DNA from: Deferribacterales bacterium
GTDB lineage: Bacteria > Chrysiogenota > Deferribacteres > Deferribacterales > Geovibrionaceae
NCBI GenBank assembly: GCA_050253075.1
Contig: JBFWJS010000002.1
Span: 96,001-160,000 of the forward strand
Direction of reading: 5' to 3'
DNA length: 64,000 nucleotides
The notes under the pieces were generated by a model. It was not told where the DNA came from. It worked only from the letters and a program-made list of their open reading frames with translations, and made no database searches. This document shows positions 9,678 to 20,266 of the stretch, in pieces (within the stretch, counting starts at the first letter, position 1; the number at the start of each line of letters is the position of its first letter). Position numbers and translations under genes: made by a program.

Positions 9678-10199
9678 TTACTCAACCACTGCGAGTTTAT
9701 CGCCTGTGGATACAGTCTGATCAAGCTCTACGAATATGTCTTCAACGACGCCGTCCTTAGGAGCTTTGATCTCGTTCTCCATCTTCATGGCTACAAGGAT
9801 CATGAGCGGTTCGCCCGCTTTAACTTCCTGACCTTTCTCCACGAGTATCTTCCAGATGTATCCAGGCATCTGAGATTCGATAACCTGACGTCCTTCGAGA
9901 CCTGCGGAGTGACGCATCTTCATAAGACGCTTCATCTCGTCGAGAACTTCGATAGCGAAGTGGTCTCCGTTTTCCATAAGGATGTTGAAGATGTCGCCCT
10001 TCTCATCTATCTCCATAGCGTATGACTTACCGTCTATGATGATGGAATAAACGGAATCGCCCGCCATAGCAAAGTCTATCTCATGCTTGCGTCCGTCTAT
10101 TTCGATGACGAAATGGTTCTGTGTATCTTCACAAAGGTTGACGATGTATTCCTGCTCACCGCCGTCTATTGTTGCGTAGTATTGTCTTTTCAGTATCAT
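9678..10199 (-). CDS. Biotin carboxyl carrier subunit of acyl-CoA carboxylase
   Basis: AMKMENE biotinylation motif. Confidence 0.93.
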   Translation of the reverse strand: MILKRQYYATIDGGEQEYIVNLCEDTQNHFVIEIDGRKHEIDFAMAGDSVYSIIIDGKSYAMEIDEKGDIFNILMENGDHFAIEVLDEMKRLMKMRHSAGLEGRQVIESQMPGYIWKILVEKGQEVKAGEPLMILVAMKMENEIKAPKDGVVEDIFVELDQTVSTGDKLAVVE

Positions 10200-11728
10200 T
10201 AGAAACCACCTCCGAGCTTGTTACCCAGGCTGGTCATACGTCCGAATTTCTTCCAGTTTGACTCGCCTACATCGCGTCTTGTAACGCTTCTCTCAGCTGC
10301 GATCTTCTCAGAGAGAACCTGCTTGATGGCTGCCGCTATGATAGGTACATCGACATCCTCGTTACGCTTTCTCTTCATGTCTTCCATGTCGAACTTTGTG
10401 TCGATGAAAGCTGTATCGTAGTTCCCCGCAAGGAATGTCTCGTTTTCGAGAACACGCTTGTGGAATGGGATGGATGTTTTGATACCGCATATTTTATATT
10501 CGGAAAGGATACGCTTCATGCTTGTGATGGCGCTCTCTCTCGTCTTACCGATGGCACAAACCTTTGCGATCATCGGGTCATAGTAGAGAGGCACTTCGAA
10601 GCCTGCGTATGCACCGGAGTCCACACGAACGTTCGGTCCTTCAGGAGACTCGTAAACTGTGATAAGTCCCGGTGACGGAGCAAAGTTGTTCATAGGATCT
10701 TCGGCATAAACACGGCACTCGATGGCGTGTCCCTGTCTCTGTATCTCTTCCTGCTGGAATGAGATAGGCTTGCCCTCTGCGATCTGGATCATCTCACGGA
10801 CGATATCCACACCTGTGATGAGCTCTGTAACAGGGTGCTCAACCTGAAGACGTGTGTTCATCTCGAGGAAGTAGAAGTTCTGGTCTGCGCCGACGATGAA
10901 CTCGAGTGTTCCCGCTGACTCATAGCCGATAGCCTTAACGGCTTTAACGGCAACTTCGTACATTTTCGCCCTTGTGTCGTCGTTGATGAACGGTGACGGA
11001 GCTTCCTCGATAACTTTCTGGTGGCGTCTCTGGATGGAGCACTCACGCTCGAAGAGGTGGATGCCGTTCCCGTGGGAGTCACCGAGAACCTGAATCTCAA
11101 CGTGGTGAGGCTCTATGATGAACTTTTCGATATACATATCGCCGTTGCCGAAAGCGTTCTGCGCCTCGGAGCTGGCCATACGGTATGAAGACTCGAAGTC
11201 TGCCTCGTCATGGACGAGTCTCATACCCTTACCGCCGCCGCCGTGTACGGCTTTCAGCATGATAGGGTAGCCAACTTCAAGAGCTGTCTTCTTAGCTGCT
11301 TCTACATCTGTGATGGCATCTTTTGTACCCGGTACAACAGGTACGCCTGCTTCCATCATAGCTTTACGGGCACCTGTCTTAGAACCCATAAGGATGATGT
11401 GCTCAGCCTTTGGTCCGATGAAAGGTATGCCGTTGTTTTCACAATCTTTAACGAAGTTCGCATTCTCGGCATAGAAACCGTATCCGGGGTGGATAGCAGC
11501 GCCGAGCTCTTTTGCGAGCTGGATTATCTTTTCCTGCTTCAGATAGCTTGTATCTTCGGGGCCGTCTGTGATGCAGTAGGCCTCGTCAGCGTATCTGACA
11601 TGGGGAGCCAGTCTGTCCGCATGTGTGTATATGGCTACTGTGCCTATACCCATCTTACGGCATGTTCTGAAAACCCTTATTGCTATTTCGCCTCTGTTGG
11701 CGACGAGAACTTTTTTAATATCAGCCAT
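10199..11728 (-). CDS. Biotin carboxylase subunit (propionyl-CoA carboxylase alpha-like)
   Basis: VANRGEIA, HPGYGF, GGGGKGMR, RECSIQRRHQK, EMNTRLQVEH. Confidence 0.95.
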   Translation of the reverse strand: MADIKKVLVANRGEIAIRVFRTCRKMGIGTVAIYTHADRLAPHVRYADEAYCITDGPEDTSYLKQEKIIQLAKELGAAIHPGYGFYAENANFVKDCENNGIPFIGPKAEHIILMGSKTGARKAMMEAGVPVVPGTKDAITDVEAAKKTALEVGYPIMLKAVHGGGGKGMRLVHDEADFESSYRMASSEAQNAFGNGDMYIEKFIIEPHHVEIQVLGDSHGNGIHLFERECSIQRRHQKVIEEAPSPFINDDTRAKMYEVAVKAVKAIGYESAGTLEFIVGADQNFYFLEMNTRLQVEHPVTELITGVDIVREMIQIAEGKPISFQQEEIQRQGHAIECRVYAEDPMNNFAPSPGLITVYESPEGPNVRVDSGAYAGFEVPLYYDPMIAKVCAIGKTRESAITSMKRILSEYKICGIKTSIPFHKRVLENETFLAGNYDTAFIDTKFDMEDMKRKRNEDVDVPIIAAAIKQVLSEKIAAERSVTRRDVGESNWKKFGRMTSLGNKLGGGF

Positions 11729-11743
11729 TATGTCCTCCATTCA

Positions 11744-13288
11744 TTAAAGCGGCAGGTTGTCGTGCTTTTTAGCCGGGTTTGTCTGCCTTTTGTTTGAAAG
11801 GAGTTCAAATGCCTGAATGATCTTAGGTCTTGTGTCCTCAGGGAGGATGACCTCATCTATGAATCCGAGCTCTGCTGCTCTGTATGGATTCGCAAATGTC
11901 TCACGGTAGGCGTCTACTTTTTCCTTCTTCGCAGCTACAGGATCTTCAGCGGAAGCGATAGCCTTGCCGAAGAGGATCTGTGCAGCACCGTCAGGACCCA
12001 TAACAGCGATCTCAGCCGTAGGGAATGCATAGTTGATGTCGCCGCGTACGTGTTTTGAGCTCATAACGTCATATGCGCCGCCGTATGCCTTACGTGTGAT
12101 GACAGTAACCTTAGGCACTGTAGACTCGCAGTAAGCATAGAGAAGCTTCGCACCGTGACGGATGATACCGCCGAGCTCCTGTTTAACGCCTGGCATGAAG
12201 CCTGGAACGTCTTCAAGAGTGAGAAGCGGGATGTTGAAAGCATCGCAGAATCTGATGAATCTGGCGCCTTTAACAGATGAATCTATGTCGAGAGCACCGG
12301 CCATGATAGCAGGCTGGTTCGCTACGATACCGACGGAACGTCCGTTCAGACGGGCGAAACCGACGATGATATTCTTAGCAAAGTGTTCCTGAACCTCGAA
12401 GAAGTTGCCGTCATCGACGATCTTCGCGATGACTTCCTTCATGTCGTATGGTTTGTTCGGGTCAGCAGGAACGATAGTTCTGAGGGATTCCTCAGTTCTG
12501 TTCGGATCATCTTTAGTGGGAACAACAGGAGCTTCCTCCATGTTGTTAGAAGGGATGAAGCTGAGCAGCTCTCTGATTCTCAGAAGAGCGTCCTCATCGT
12601 TCTCAGCAGCGAAATGCGCAACGCCTGATGTGGAGTTGTGTGTCATGGCTCCGCCGAGTTCTTCTTTTGTAACATCTTCGGATGTAACAGTTTTAACAAC
12701 TTCCGGTCCTGTGATGAACATATAGGATGTGTCCTTCACCATGAATGTGAAGTCTGTAAGCGCAGGTGAATAAACCGCACCGCCCGCACATGGTCCCATG
12801 ATAGCGGATATCTGTGGTACAACACCTGAAGAAAGTGAGTTACGGAGGAAGATGTCTGCATATCCTGCAAGGGAGAGCACCCCTTCCTGAATACGCGCAC
12901 CGCCCGAGTCATTAAGACCGATGACCGGACATCCGAGTTCCATAGCTTTGTCCATTATCTTGCATATCTTCTTTGCAAACTGTTCTGCAAGTGAACCGCC
13001 GAAAACTGTGAAATCCTGAGAGAATACGAAAACTGTTCTGCCGTTAACTTTTCCGTATCCTGTCACTACTCCGTCGCCGAGGAACTTTGTCTGTTCCATG
13101 CCGAAATTACTGCATCTGTGTACAGCATATTTGTCGAATTCGACGAAAGTGCCTTTATCGAGCAGCTTATCGATTCTCTCGCGGGCAGTGAGCTTGCCCT
13201 GCTTATGCTGCTTTTCGATACGGGCAACACCACCGCCGAGCTCAGCAGCTGCATTGAGCTCCTGTAGCTGTTTGATCTTTTCTTCCAT
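11744..13288 (-). CDS. pccB: Propionyl-/methylmalonyl-CoA carboxyltransferase beta subunit
   Basis: [35 protein letters not shown]. Confidence 0.93.
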   Translation of the reverse strand: MEEKIKQLQELNAAAELGGGVARIEKQHKQGKLTARERIDKLLDKGTFVEFDKYAVHRCSNFGMEQTKFLGDGVVTGYGKVNGRTVFVFSQDFTVFGGSLAEQFAKKICKIMDKAMELGCPVIGLNDSGGARIQEGVLSLAGYADIFLRNSLSSGVVPQISAIMGPCAGGAVYSPALTDFTFMVKDTSYMFITGPEVVKTVTSEDVTKEELGGAMTHNSTSGVAHFAAENDEDALLRIRELLSFIPSNNMEEAPVVPTKDDPNRTEESLRTIVPADPNKPYDMKEVIAKIVDDGNFFEVQEHFAKNIIVGFARLNGRSVGIVANQPAIMAGALDIDSSVKGARFIRFCDAFNIPLLTLEDVPGFMPGVKQELGGIIRHGAKLLYAYCESTVPKVTVITRKAYGGAYDVMSSKHVRGDINYAFPTAEIAVMGPDGAAQILFGKAIASAEDPVAAKKEKVDAYRETFANPYRAAELGFIDEVILPEDTRPKIIQAFELLSNKRQTNPAKKHDNLPL

Positions 13289-13485
13289 TATATGGCCCCC
13301 TCTTAGTGGTTATAACGTCTAATAATAAAACATAATTTAAATTTTTTGTCAACAATCAAAAAATACACAAACCGAGACACATAGAAACATATTTACCCCT
13401 ACTTATCAGTAACTTACAAATAAAAGTTTGAGTTAAATTTTACATTAATAGTTAACGCCGATAACTTATGCATATTGATATTTTG

Positions 13486-14118
13486 TTAGAAATTAAAACC
13501 TTCATAAAAGGTTTCTAAATTGAGAACTGCCTTTTTAAAATCCCATTCTTGTTCTGAACGTATGCCACAAAAATTTGAAACGGCTCTTATCTGATAACAC
13601 TTTATTCCAAATAACTTACAAACATATCCGAAAGATGCTCCCTCCATATTCTCAACCTGAGCCCCTGTTGATTTATGAAGAATCTGAGAAATTGCACCAT
13701 TTCCATCTAAAAATGAAACTGTATTAGAATCCGCATTTTGCAGATGTTTGATTTCATTGAACATTATAAAACTCTTTTCTAAAAAGCCAAACCCCATTTC
13801 AAATACGGATTTGAATGTTTCGCCCTCATAGAGCCCTTCGTCTGCGAAATGATCCTTCCCGACGGAAACAATGTCGCCCACCGCCAGACCGCAGTTCCTG
13901 TAGGCTCCGCACACACCCGTGAGCAGTGCTTCCGTGATATCAAAGTTTTCAAAAACAGACGTCGCAGCCGCTGCGCAAGGCGTCTTTGTCACTCCGGTGA
14001 TAAAGACTTTATACCCTTCGGCATCTGCAGTACTGATCCCTCTTTTCCATTCTTTGAACGAAAGTTTCGGGAAAATGAACTTAGCCTCCCCCATAGAAGG
14101 CACAAAGACTGCTTTCAT
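13486..14118 (-). CDS. mqnB: Futalosine hydrolase (PNP/UDP phosphorylase family)
   Basis: GVCGAY, ENMEGA, QIRAVSN..G.R...W. Confidence 0.8.
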   Translation of the reverse strand: MKAVFVPSMGEAKFIFPKLSFKEWKRGISTADAEGYKVFITGVTKTPCAAAATSVFENFDITEALLTGVCGAYRNCGLAVGDIVSVGKDHFADEGLYEGETFKSVFEMGFGFLEKSFIMFNEIKHLQNADSNTVSFLDGNGAISQILHKSTGAQVENMEGASFGYVCKLFGIKCYQIRAVSNFCGIRSEQEWDFKKAVLNLETFYEGFNF

Positions 14119-14994
14119 CTAAAACTCCTCATAAAAGTCAGGATACTCGTTAAGTATACCACGGGTTTCCATCATTCTGCGGGTTTCTGATATCTGGGCT
14201 AGGAGCCTCTCTTTGTCCTGAGACAGTCTGCCCGAAAGGGGTACAAAGTTGGATACATGATTAGACCTGAAGATTATATTATGCCCGTCCACACGGCTGA
14301 TGATCCCCTCTGTTTCATCGAGGATATCCGCCATGGTCGGCTTTTCGAGATTGTTGAAGTAGTCTTTCTTTCTACGCAGAAAGAGCGTCAGAAAAGACAT
14401 AAAGTCAGGGTTCACCTCGCTGACCCATTTAGCCGAGTCTTCAATGTGTGCCTGTTTGAGCTTTTTCCCGCCTCCGCCGAGGATTATCATAACGGAGAAC
14501 TGCATGCCGACTGCCTTTATCTCTTTCACTTTCGGCATAACTTTAAATGCGTCCATCCCTTTGTTCATGAGCTTCAGTACTTCTTTATTCCCTGATTCCA
14601 GTCCGAAATAAAGTAGCTTCAGCCCTGCATCATAAAGAGACTGCCATTCGTCCATCGGCTTTTTCATTATCGCCTGCGGACCGCAGTAAGAGCTGTATCT
14701 GCGTATGTTCGGGAATTTCTTATTCATGTGTTCGAGTATCTGCAGAAGCCCCTCTGTGGGATAAACGGCAGCATCGCCGTCCGCCAGAAAAACCTTATGC
14801 ACACGCTTTGCGTAATGCTCCGGTATCTCGTCCACCTCTTTCATGACCTCTTCTACCGGTTTCAGCTTAAAAGGCTTTGAAAGATACATCCCGCAAAAGG
14901 CGCATTTGTTGTATGAACATCCTTCCGTTATCTGAAAGATGAGCGACTGAGCCTCACTTGGCGGTCTGTAAAGCGGTTCTTTATAGTTCGGCAT
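14119..14994 (-). CDS. Radical SAM protein
   Basis: YRPPSEA, CSYNKCAFC, GLESG, FRSNH. Confidence 0.9.
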   Translation of the reverse strand: MPNYKEPLYRPPSEAQSLIFQITEGCSYNKCAFCGMYLSKPFKLKPVEEVMKEVDEIPEHYAKRVHKVFLADGDAAVYPTEGLLQILEHMNKKFPNIRRYSSYCGPQAIMKKPMDEWQSLYDAGLKLLYFGLESGNKEVLKLMNKGMDAFKVMPKVKEIKAVGMQFSVMIILGGGGKKLKQAHIEDSAKWVSEVNPDFMSFLTLFLRRKKDYFNNLEKPTMADILDETEGIISRVDGHNIIFRSNHVSNFVPLSGRLSQDKERLLAQISETRRMMETRGILNEYPDFYEEF

Positions 14995-14998
14995 TGAT

Positions 14999-15859
14999 TT
15001 AGAACACTTGGGTTATTATATCTTCCGTTGCTGCGGATTTATTCAGAGTGTAAAAGTGCAGCCCGTTCACTCCGCTGGACCAGAGCCCTCCGCACTGCTT
15101 AACCGCAAACTCGATGCCCATCTTATACTGGTCTTCGGGTGTTGCGTCCTGCATTTTCTGCAGGAGCGGTTTCGGTAAGGATGCTCCGCACATATCAGTG
15201 AACCTCACTGCCTGATTTATATTGAGGATAGGCATGATACCTGCGATCACAGGTACCTCTATCCCTGCTTTACGTATCCTCTCCAGATAGTTGTAGAAAA
15301 AGAAGTTATCGAAGAAAAGCTGAGTGATGATGAAGTCTGCGCCTTCGTCCACCTTCTTCTTCAGATTGTCGATGTCGTCAGACATGCTGGCAGACTCGGG
15401 GTGCTTTTCGGGATAGCCCGCAACACCGATGGAGAACCTGTCGCCGGTCTTCTTACGTATGTATCTGACAAGGTCGGACGCATAGCGGAAATCATCTGAA
15501 AGAGCTTTACTGCCTGCCTCCGGAGGTATATCGCCACGGAGAGCGAGTATGTTGTCTATCTTAAGCACGTCTAAGCTGTGGAGGATCTTATCTATCCCCT
15601 CCTCTTCTGCCCCGATGCATGTAAGATGCATCATAACGCTGTAGTCGTATGCGTGCTTCATAGTCTTTGTCCATTCGAGGGTTTTATCTGTCGTGGAGCC
15701 GCCCGCACCGTATGTCACAGAGACAAAGTCGGGGTTGTATTTACGAAGCTGTTTTATGGTATCAAAAAGCACCAGCTCGCTCTCTTCCTTCTTCGGAGGG
15801 AAGAATTCGAACGAAAACGGGCGCTTATGCTGTAATATATCTTTGATTCTCATGGTCAC
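14999..15859 (-). CDS. metF: 5,10-methylenetetrahydrofolate reductase
   Basis: SFEFFPPK, VSVTYGAGG, HLTC, ALRGD, ITQLFFD, HFYTLN. Confidence 0.96.
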   Translation of the reverse strand: MTMRIKDILQHKRPFSFEFFPPKKEESELVLFDTIKQLRKYNPDFVSVTYGAGGSTTDKTLEWTKTMKHAYDYSVMMHLTCIGAEEEGIDKILHSLDVLKIDNILALRGDIPPEAGSKALSDDFRYASDLVRYIRKKTGDRFSIGVAGYPEKHPESASMSDDIDNLKKKVDEGADFIITQLFFDNFFFYNYLERIRKAGIEVPVIAGIMPILNINQAVRFTDMCGASLPKPLLQKMQDATPEDQYKMGIEFAVKQCGGLWSSGVNGLHFYTLNKSAATEDIITQVF

Positions 15860-15933
15860 GTCCTAAAATTTGTCTTTCATACTAATACACACAGTTTATT
15901 GACTGCAAGCTGTTTTTATGGGATTATCTTCTC

Positions 15934-16503
15934 ATGATAACAACTATATACCGCAAAATATTACTTATATTCATTATATATGTTCTGACACTGAATGCAC
16001 TCACATTTCTCACGTCGCTTAGCCCGAAAGCGCTGATCAATCCGTTTTTCGTTAAAAACCGCACCGTCAGCATGTACCACCTGACAAAGCACATCGTCTT
16101 CGTGGCGGGGATAGGCTTCATCACATCCAGCCCCGAAGAGGTGAACGAAATGGTTCAGGACGCATGCCTCATATATGAAGTAGACCCGAAGCTGATACAC
16201 ATCATGATAGAGGTGGAATCCAAAGGCAGACAGTTCGCCATCAGCAGAACAGGCGCAATGGGGCTCATGCAGGTGATGCCCACCACATTCTTTGACATTT
16301 CAACGGGCGATCCGTTCCTTGCTAAAGATAATATTTATGCAGGGGTGAAGTATTTCTCTATGCAGCTTAAGAGGTTTAAAAGTGTCGAACTGGCTCTCGC
16401 CGCTTATAACGCAGGCCCGCAGAGGGTAAAAGACGGAAAAGTGCCTGATTTCGGTGAAACCAGACACTATATAAAACGTATTCTTACTGCTTACAATAAG
16501 TAG
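15934..16503 (+). CDS. Lytic transglycosylase (SLT domain)
   Basis: VES, GAMGLMQVMP, ALAAYNAGP, ETRHY. Confidence 0.92.
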   Translation: MITTIYRKILLIFIIYVLTLNALTFLTSLSPKALINPFFVKNRTVSMYHLTKHIVFVAGIGFITSSPEEVNEMVQDACLIYEVDPKLIHIMIEVESKGRQFAISRTGAMGLMQVMPTTFFDISTGDPFLAKDNIYAGVKYFSMQLKRFKSVELALAAYNAGPQRVKDGKVPDFGETRHYIKRILTAYNK

Positions 16504-16795
16504 ATTTATTTGCTGTCCTAGCAAATAAATTCGCGTCGATAAGGCAGAACAAGTACTGCCTATCTCCCTCTCCGCTGAAACCTGCGGTTCGCTCCGAGAG
16601 GCACATCCCTGTACCTGTTAATAGATTTATTCACTGTCCTAGCAAATAAATTCGCGTCGATAAGGCAGAACAAGTACTGCCTATCTCCCTCTCCGCTGAA
16701 ACCTGCGGTTCGCTCCGAGAGGCACATCCCTGTACCTGTTAATAGATTTATTTGCTGTCCTAGCAAATAAATTCGCGTCGATATGGCAGAACAAG
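16501..16795. repeat. 121-bp tandem repeat (about 2.4 copies) built of hairpins
   Basis: Units start at 16501, 16622 and 16743 and are near-identical. Confidence 0.92.
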
Positions 16796-16843
16796 TTAGC
16801 CATTGCAAGCAAACGCTATACTCCTCGCAATGACTTCGCTGTC

Positions 16844-18856
16844 CTATTCAGGGCTTTTAGCGTCCATTATCTGGTCAATGAAATATTCTGCCTGCAGCTT
16901 TGCCCCGTTAATACTGAGGTGGTCGTCGTCTCTGTAAAGGAGCAAGCCGTCCTTCATCGCATAGCATGAAGTCCCGTCACAGAAGAGCTTTTCAGGGTCA
17001 AGCACATTGACCTTATTATACTTTCCTGCGATATCCATAACACGGGCTCTGAATGCCCCTGCTCTATCCACATAATCTTTATAGCTGATGCTGCAGTCAG
17101 GATTCTTTATACCCAGCCCGTATGGTCTTGAAATACAGTCATTTTTCGGTTCAAAGCCGAGCTCAGGGTTTTCCATGATAAAATAGAAATCATACTTTTG
17201 GTCATTAAAATAAGCTAAGGTCTTGTCCAGTTTGTCGAAGAAAAGCTCTGCGTTATTATAATCTTTCGCACCGTCATAATACTCTCTGAAAGCACGGAAG
17301 GTATATTCTTCGGAACCAAAGCCCGTGCCGTAGGCATATGACTGCCCTCTTCCGACAAAGATGAGCTTTTCAATGTTGTCGAAGCTCTCGATGAAGGCGT
17401 ATACATCTTTGATCTTTTCCGAGCACTGCTCAAGGATTTCTCTGTCTTCGCCTATTTCACCGTTTATAAGCGGGATGCACCCGCTGTTTGCCACTAAGAC
17501 AGCTTCGTATCCGTTATTTTGCAGATAGTCCTTAAAACCTGCATAGGCGGCAAGTGCGTGACTGTCGCCCACAAGTGCGACATATTTCTTATCTTTATCA
17601 ACGCTTGTCGCTTTCAGATAGTTATTCCTCGGCTCGTGGGTCAGAACAGATGATACAAGCTCCTTTCCGCTCTTATCCTTGCCCGAAGGACGTTTAAGCT
17701 GTTCCTGAAAGTTCTGATCTATATTAAATTGAGGTCTGTTCGGCATGCCGTCCATATCTCTGACGTGCTGTGCAGTTGCTGCAAGGCATCCTGCAAGCAC
17801 CAGAAGCAGTATCATAAACTTATAGCTTTTGATGCCTCTTGTGTAATATTCCAGAAATCTGTAAGTCAGATACGCCAGAAGTACCGACACGAAAACAACG
17901 GCGAGACCATACTTTTCCACATCGATAGCGAGGATATGTAGGTAGCTGATGATGACATAGTGCCAGAGATACAGCGGATAACTGATAAGCCCGAGGAAAA
18001 CCAGAGGATAAAACGAGAACAGCTTCTGCTCCGGTTTGAAAGACACCAGAAGCACAGTGAAGCTGGTGGATATGATGAGCACTATGGTCTTCCACGTGCT
18101 GTAATTGTCGGTGTTGTAGCCTATGAGCATACCAAAGATGAAAAACATTATGATAGCCCATTGGTATTTGCCTATTTTATTAATATCCTTAACCTTTGTG
18201 GTGGCGGCGTATGTCAGTCCGCCGAAGGACAGCTCCCAGAATCTTGAAATAGAATGGAAAAAGAGATCCACATGGAAAAGGTGAGGAAGCACCATAAGAA
18301 CCAGAGTGATAGCCAGCATCGAGTAAAAGAAATCACGTCTCAGCCGGTAGACGATTATTATAACCGTCGGCCACAGCAGGTAATACTGCTCTTCGATAGA
18401 GAGCGACCAGTAGTGCAGCAGAGGCTTCAGATGTGCGGAAGAGTCCCAGTATCCCACCTCATACATCAGACGAAAGTTCTGATAAAAGAGGCTGGATGAC
18501 TTAACGTGCTTCGCAACTGTCTCGAACTCTGACGGGATAAGGAAAAACCAGCCCAAAGCCAGCGCCGCAGAAGTGACCAGCAGCATCGAAGGGAATATCC
18601 TCCGAACCCTGTTACGGTAAAATTCCTTAAAGCTGAAATCATCTTTCTTCAGCTTGTTATATATGATCTGCGTTATCAGGTATCCCGAGATAACGAAAAA
18701 TACGTCGACACCCACATAGCCGAAAGCAAATAAGTCCGGCCATATGTGGAAAATGAGAACCACACCGACGGCTATACCCCTGAGCCCGTCTATGGCTCTG
18801 TTATAGGAAAGAGAGTGTTTAGCAACAGGGAAAAATCTTGCTAAATAATCAAACAT
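16844..18856 (-). CDS. O-acyltransferase (acyltransferase-3 + SGNH, OafA/OatA-like)
   Basis: IDGLRGIAV, GVDVFFVISGY, HYWSLSIEEQYY, GDSHA, DDDHLS. Confidence 0.93.
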   Translation of the reverse strand: MFDYLARFFPVAKHSLSYNRAIDGLRGIAVGVVLIFHIWPDLFAFGYVGVDVFFVISGYLITQIIYNKLKKDDFSFKEFYRNRVRRIFPSMLLVTSAALALGWFFLIPSEFETVAKHVKSSSLFYQNFRLMYEVGYWDSSAHLKPLLHYWSLSIEEQYYLLWPTVIIIVYRLRRDFFYSMLAITLVLMVLPHLFHVDLFFHSISRFWELSFGGLTYAATTKVKDINKIGKYQWAIIMFFIFGMLIGYNTDNYSTWKTIVLIISTSFTVLLVSFKPEQKLFSFYPLVFLGLISYPLYLWHYVIISYLHILAIDVEKYGLAVVFVSVLLAYLTYRFLEYYTRGIKSYKFMILLLVLAGCLAATAQHVRDMDGMPNRPQFNIDQNFQEQLKRPSGKDKSGKELVSSVLTHEPRNNYLKATSVDKDKKYVALVGDSHALAAYAGFKDYLQNNGYEAVLVANSGCIPLINGEIGEDREILEQCSEKIKDVYAFIESFDNIEKLIFVGRGQSYAYGTGFGSEEYTFRAFREYYDGAKDYNNAELFFDKLDKTLAYFNDQKYDFYFIMENPELGFEPKNDCISRPYGLGIKNPDCSISYKDYVDRAGAFRARVMDIAGKYNKVNVLDPEKLFCDGTSCYAMKDGLLLYRDDDHLSINGAKLQAEYFIDQIMDAKSPE

Positions 18857-18891
18857 AAGAACCTCATAAAAATGTCATTTTAGTCTATACA

Positions 18892-19131
18892 ATTTGCCGT
18901 CAAATAAACTGTCACTGCGCATATATACGGATCAGATTGCCGTGTCGCAAAGCTCCTCGCAATGACATAAATGTCTTTAATAACGTGTAAGCACATCCAT
19001 TACAGATTTATCATATTTATTTGCCGTCAAATAAACCGTCACTGCTCATATATACGGATCAGATTGCCACGTCGCAAAGCTCCTCGCAATGACATAAATG
19101 TCTTTAATAACGTGTAAGCACATCCATTACA
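18892..19131. repeat. Direct duplication (about 113 bp, period 127) containing a REP-like element and the 3' end of the downstream ADH gene
   Basis: 18892-19004 matches 19019-19131; REP copies at 18911-18966 and 19038-19093. Confidence 0.9.
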
Positions 19132-20198
19132 AAGTCTTTTTCAACCTTGAAAGGCATCCACTCGGTGTTTTTCTTGGTCATAGCATAGTCCACCATAGCC
19201 TCGATCTCTTCAGGAATATAGAGGTCTTTCAGTGAAACATCATAGCCAAGCTCGCCCTGCCATCTCGAAATGTTAAACTCGTACTTCTGCATGATAGATG
19301 CCAGCACATGATATCTCTCGACATTTTTCAGCCTGAGCATCTCGAGGTAATAAGGCATGAGTATGGCATTCGCAGTGCCGTGGTGCACGCCTTTTTCATT
19401 TGTCATCCAATACCCGAGGGCATGCATGAGAGTAGTCGCTGTGTGCAGTATGGTAATGCCCGCAAGGCTCGATCCGTAAAGGAAATTCACCAGTGTCTCG
19501 TCCTGTGTGGTGACGGCGCCCTCGGCAAAAGTGGACATTATGATCTCCATAGACGTGATGGCCATAGAGTCGCTGAAAGGGTTCGCCCTTGTGGAGATAA
19601 ATCCCTCCATAGCATGGGACAGAGCGTCCAGAGCTGTTGCGTATATTATCTTTTTATCCAGTGTGCGGAGAAAGACAGGGTCTATAACGGCATATTTGGG
19701 GAATGTGTTTTCCTTTGCAAAGTTGACCTTATCCACCTTTTCCGTATCTGTGATGATGGAGTAATTGTTCATCTCGCTCCCTGTACCGCATGTGGTGGGC
19801 ACGGCGATGAGCGGAAGCGGTTCGTTGTCCAGTGACGGCTGTGAAAGGAGCTCGTAAAAGCCCTTATTATTCGTAGCGAAAGCGGCAATAGCCTTCGAAG
19901 CATCAAGCGGGCTCCCCCCGCCGAAGCCTATCACTATCTCAGCCTTGCACTCACGGGCAAATTTACCGCCCTTTATGATGGTGTTGATGGACGGATTCTC
20001 CTCTATCTCGCTGAAGTAGAATATCTCTTTCGAGGCGAAATGCGTCCTGAGGAATTTCTTAAATCCTGATTTATCTATTGATGTACGTCCTGAAACCACA
20101 CATATCTTTTTATACGGTTTCAGAAGCTCGTGAAAGTTCTCTATGGCATTAAATCCGAAAAAGGCTTTAACAGGGCTGTGAAAGCTGAATTGTGACAT
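19104..20198 (-). CDS. Iron-containing alcohol dehydrogenase family protein
   Basis: GGGSPLD, PTTCGTGSE, DALSHAMEG, H..G......HHG. Confidence 0.92.
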   Translation of the reverse strand: MSQFSFHSPVKAFFGFNAIENFHELLKPYKKICVVSGRTSIDKSGFKKFLRTHFASKEIFYFSEIEENPSINTIIKGGKFARECKAEIVIGFGGGSPLDASKAIAAFATNNKGFYELLSQPSLDNEPLPLIAVPTTCGTGSEMNNYSIITDTEKVDKVNFAKENTFPKYAVIDPVFLRTLDKKIIYATALDALSHAMEGFISTRANPFSDSMAITSMEIIMSTFAEGAVTTQDETLVNFLYGSSLAGITILHTATTLMHALGYWMTNEKGVHHGTANAILMPYYLEMLRLKNVERYHVLASIMQKYEFNISRWQGELGYDVSLKDLYIPEEIEAMVDYAMTKKNTEWMPFKVEKDFVMDVLTRY

Positions 20199-20266
20199 GA
20201 AATTCTCCTTTGTTACGGCTTCTGATTCTATCCTAAAAACAAAAGGGGGCTTTCGCCCCCGTATTA

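Noticed and set aside
16501..16795. Possible CRISPR array
   Set aside because: Units are near-identical over their whole 121 bp, with no unique spacers and no cas genes.
16560..16808. 82-aa ORF in the repeat array
   Set aside because: It is a by-product of the tandem repeat, with no RBS or recognisable protein features.
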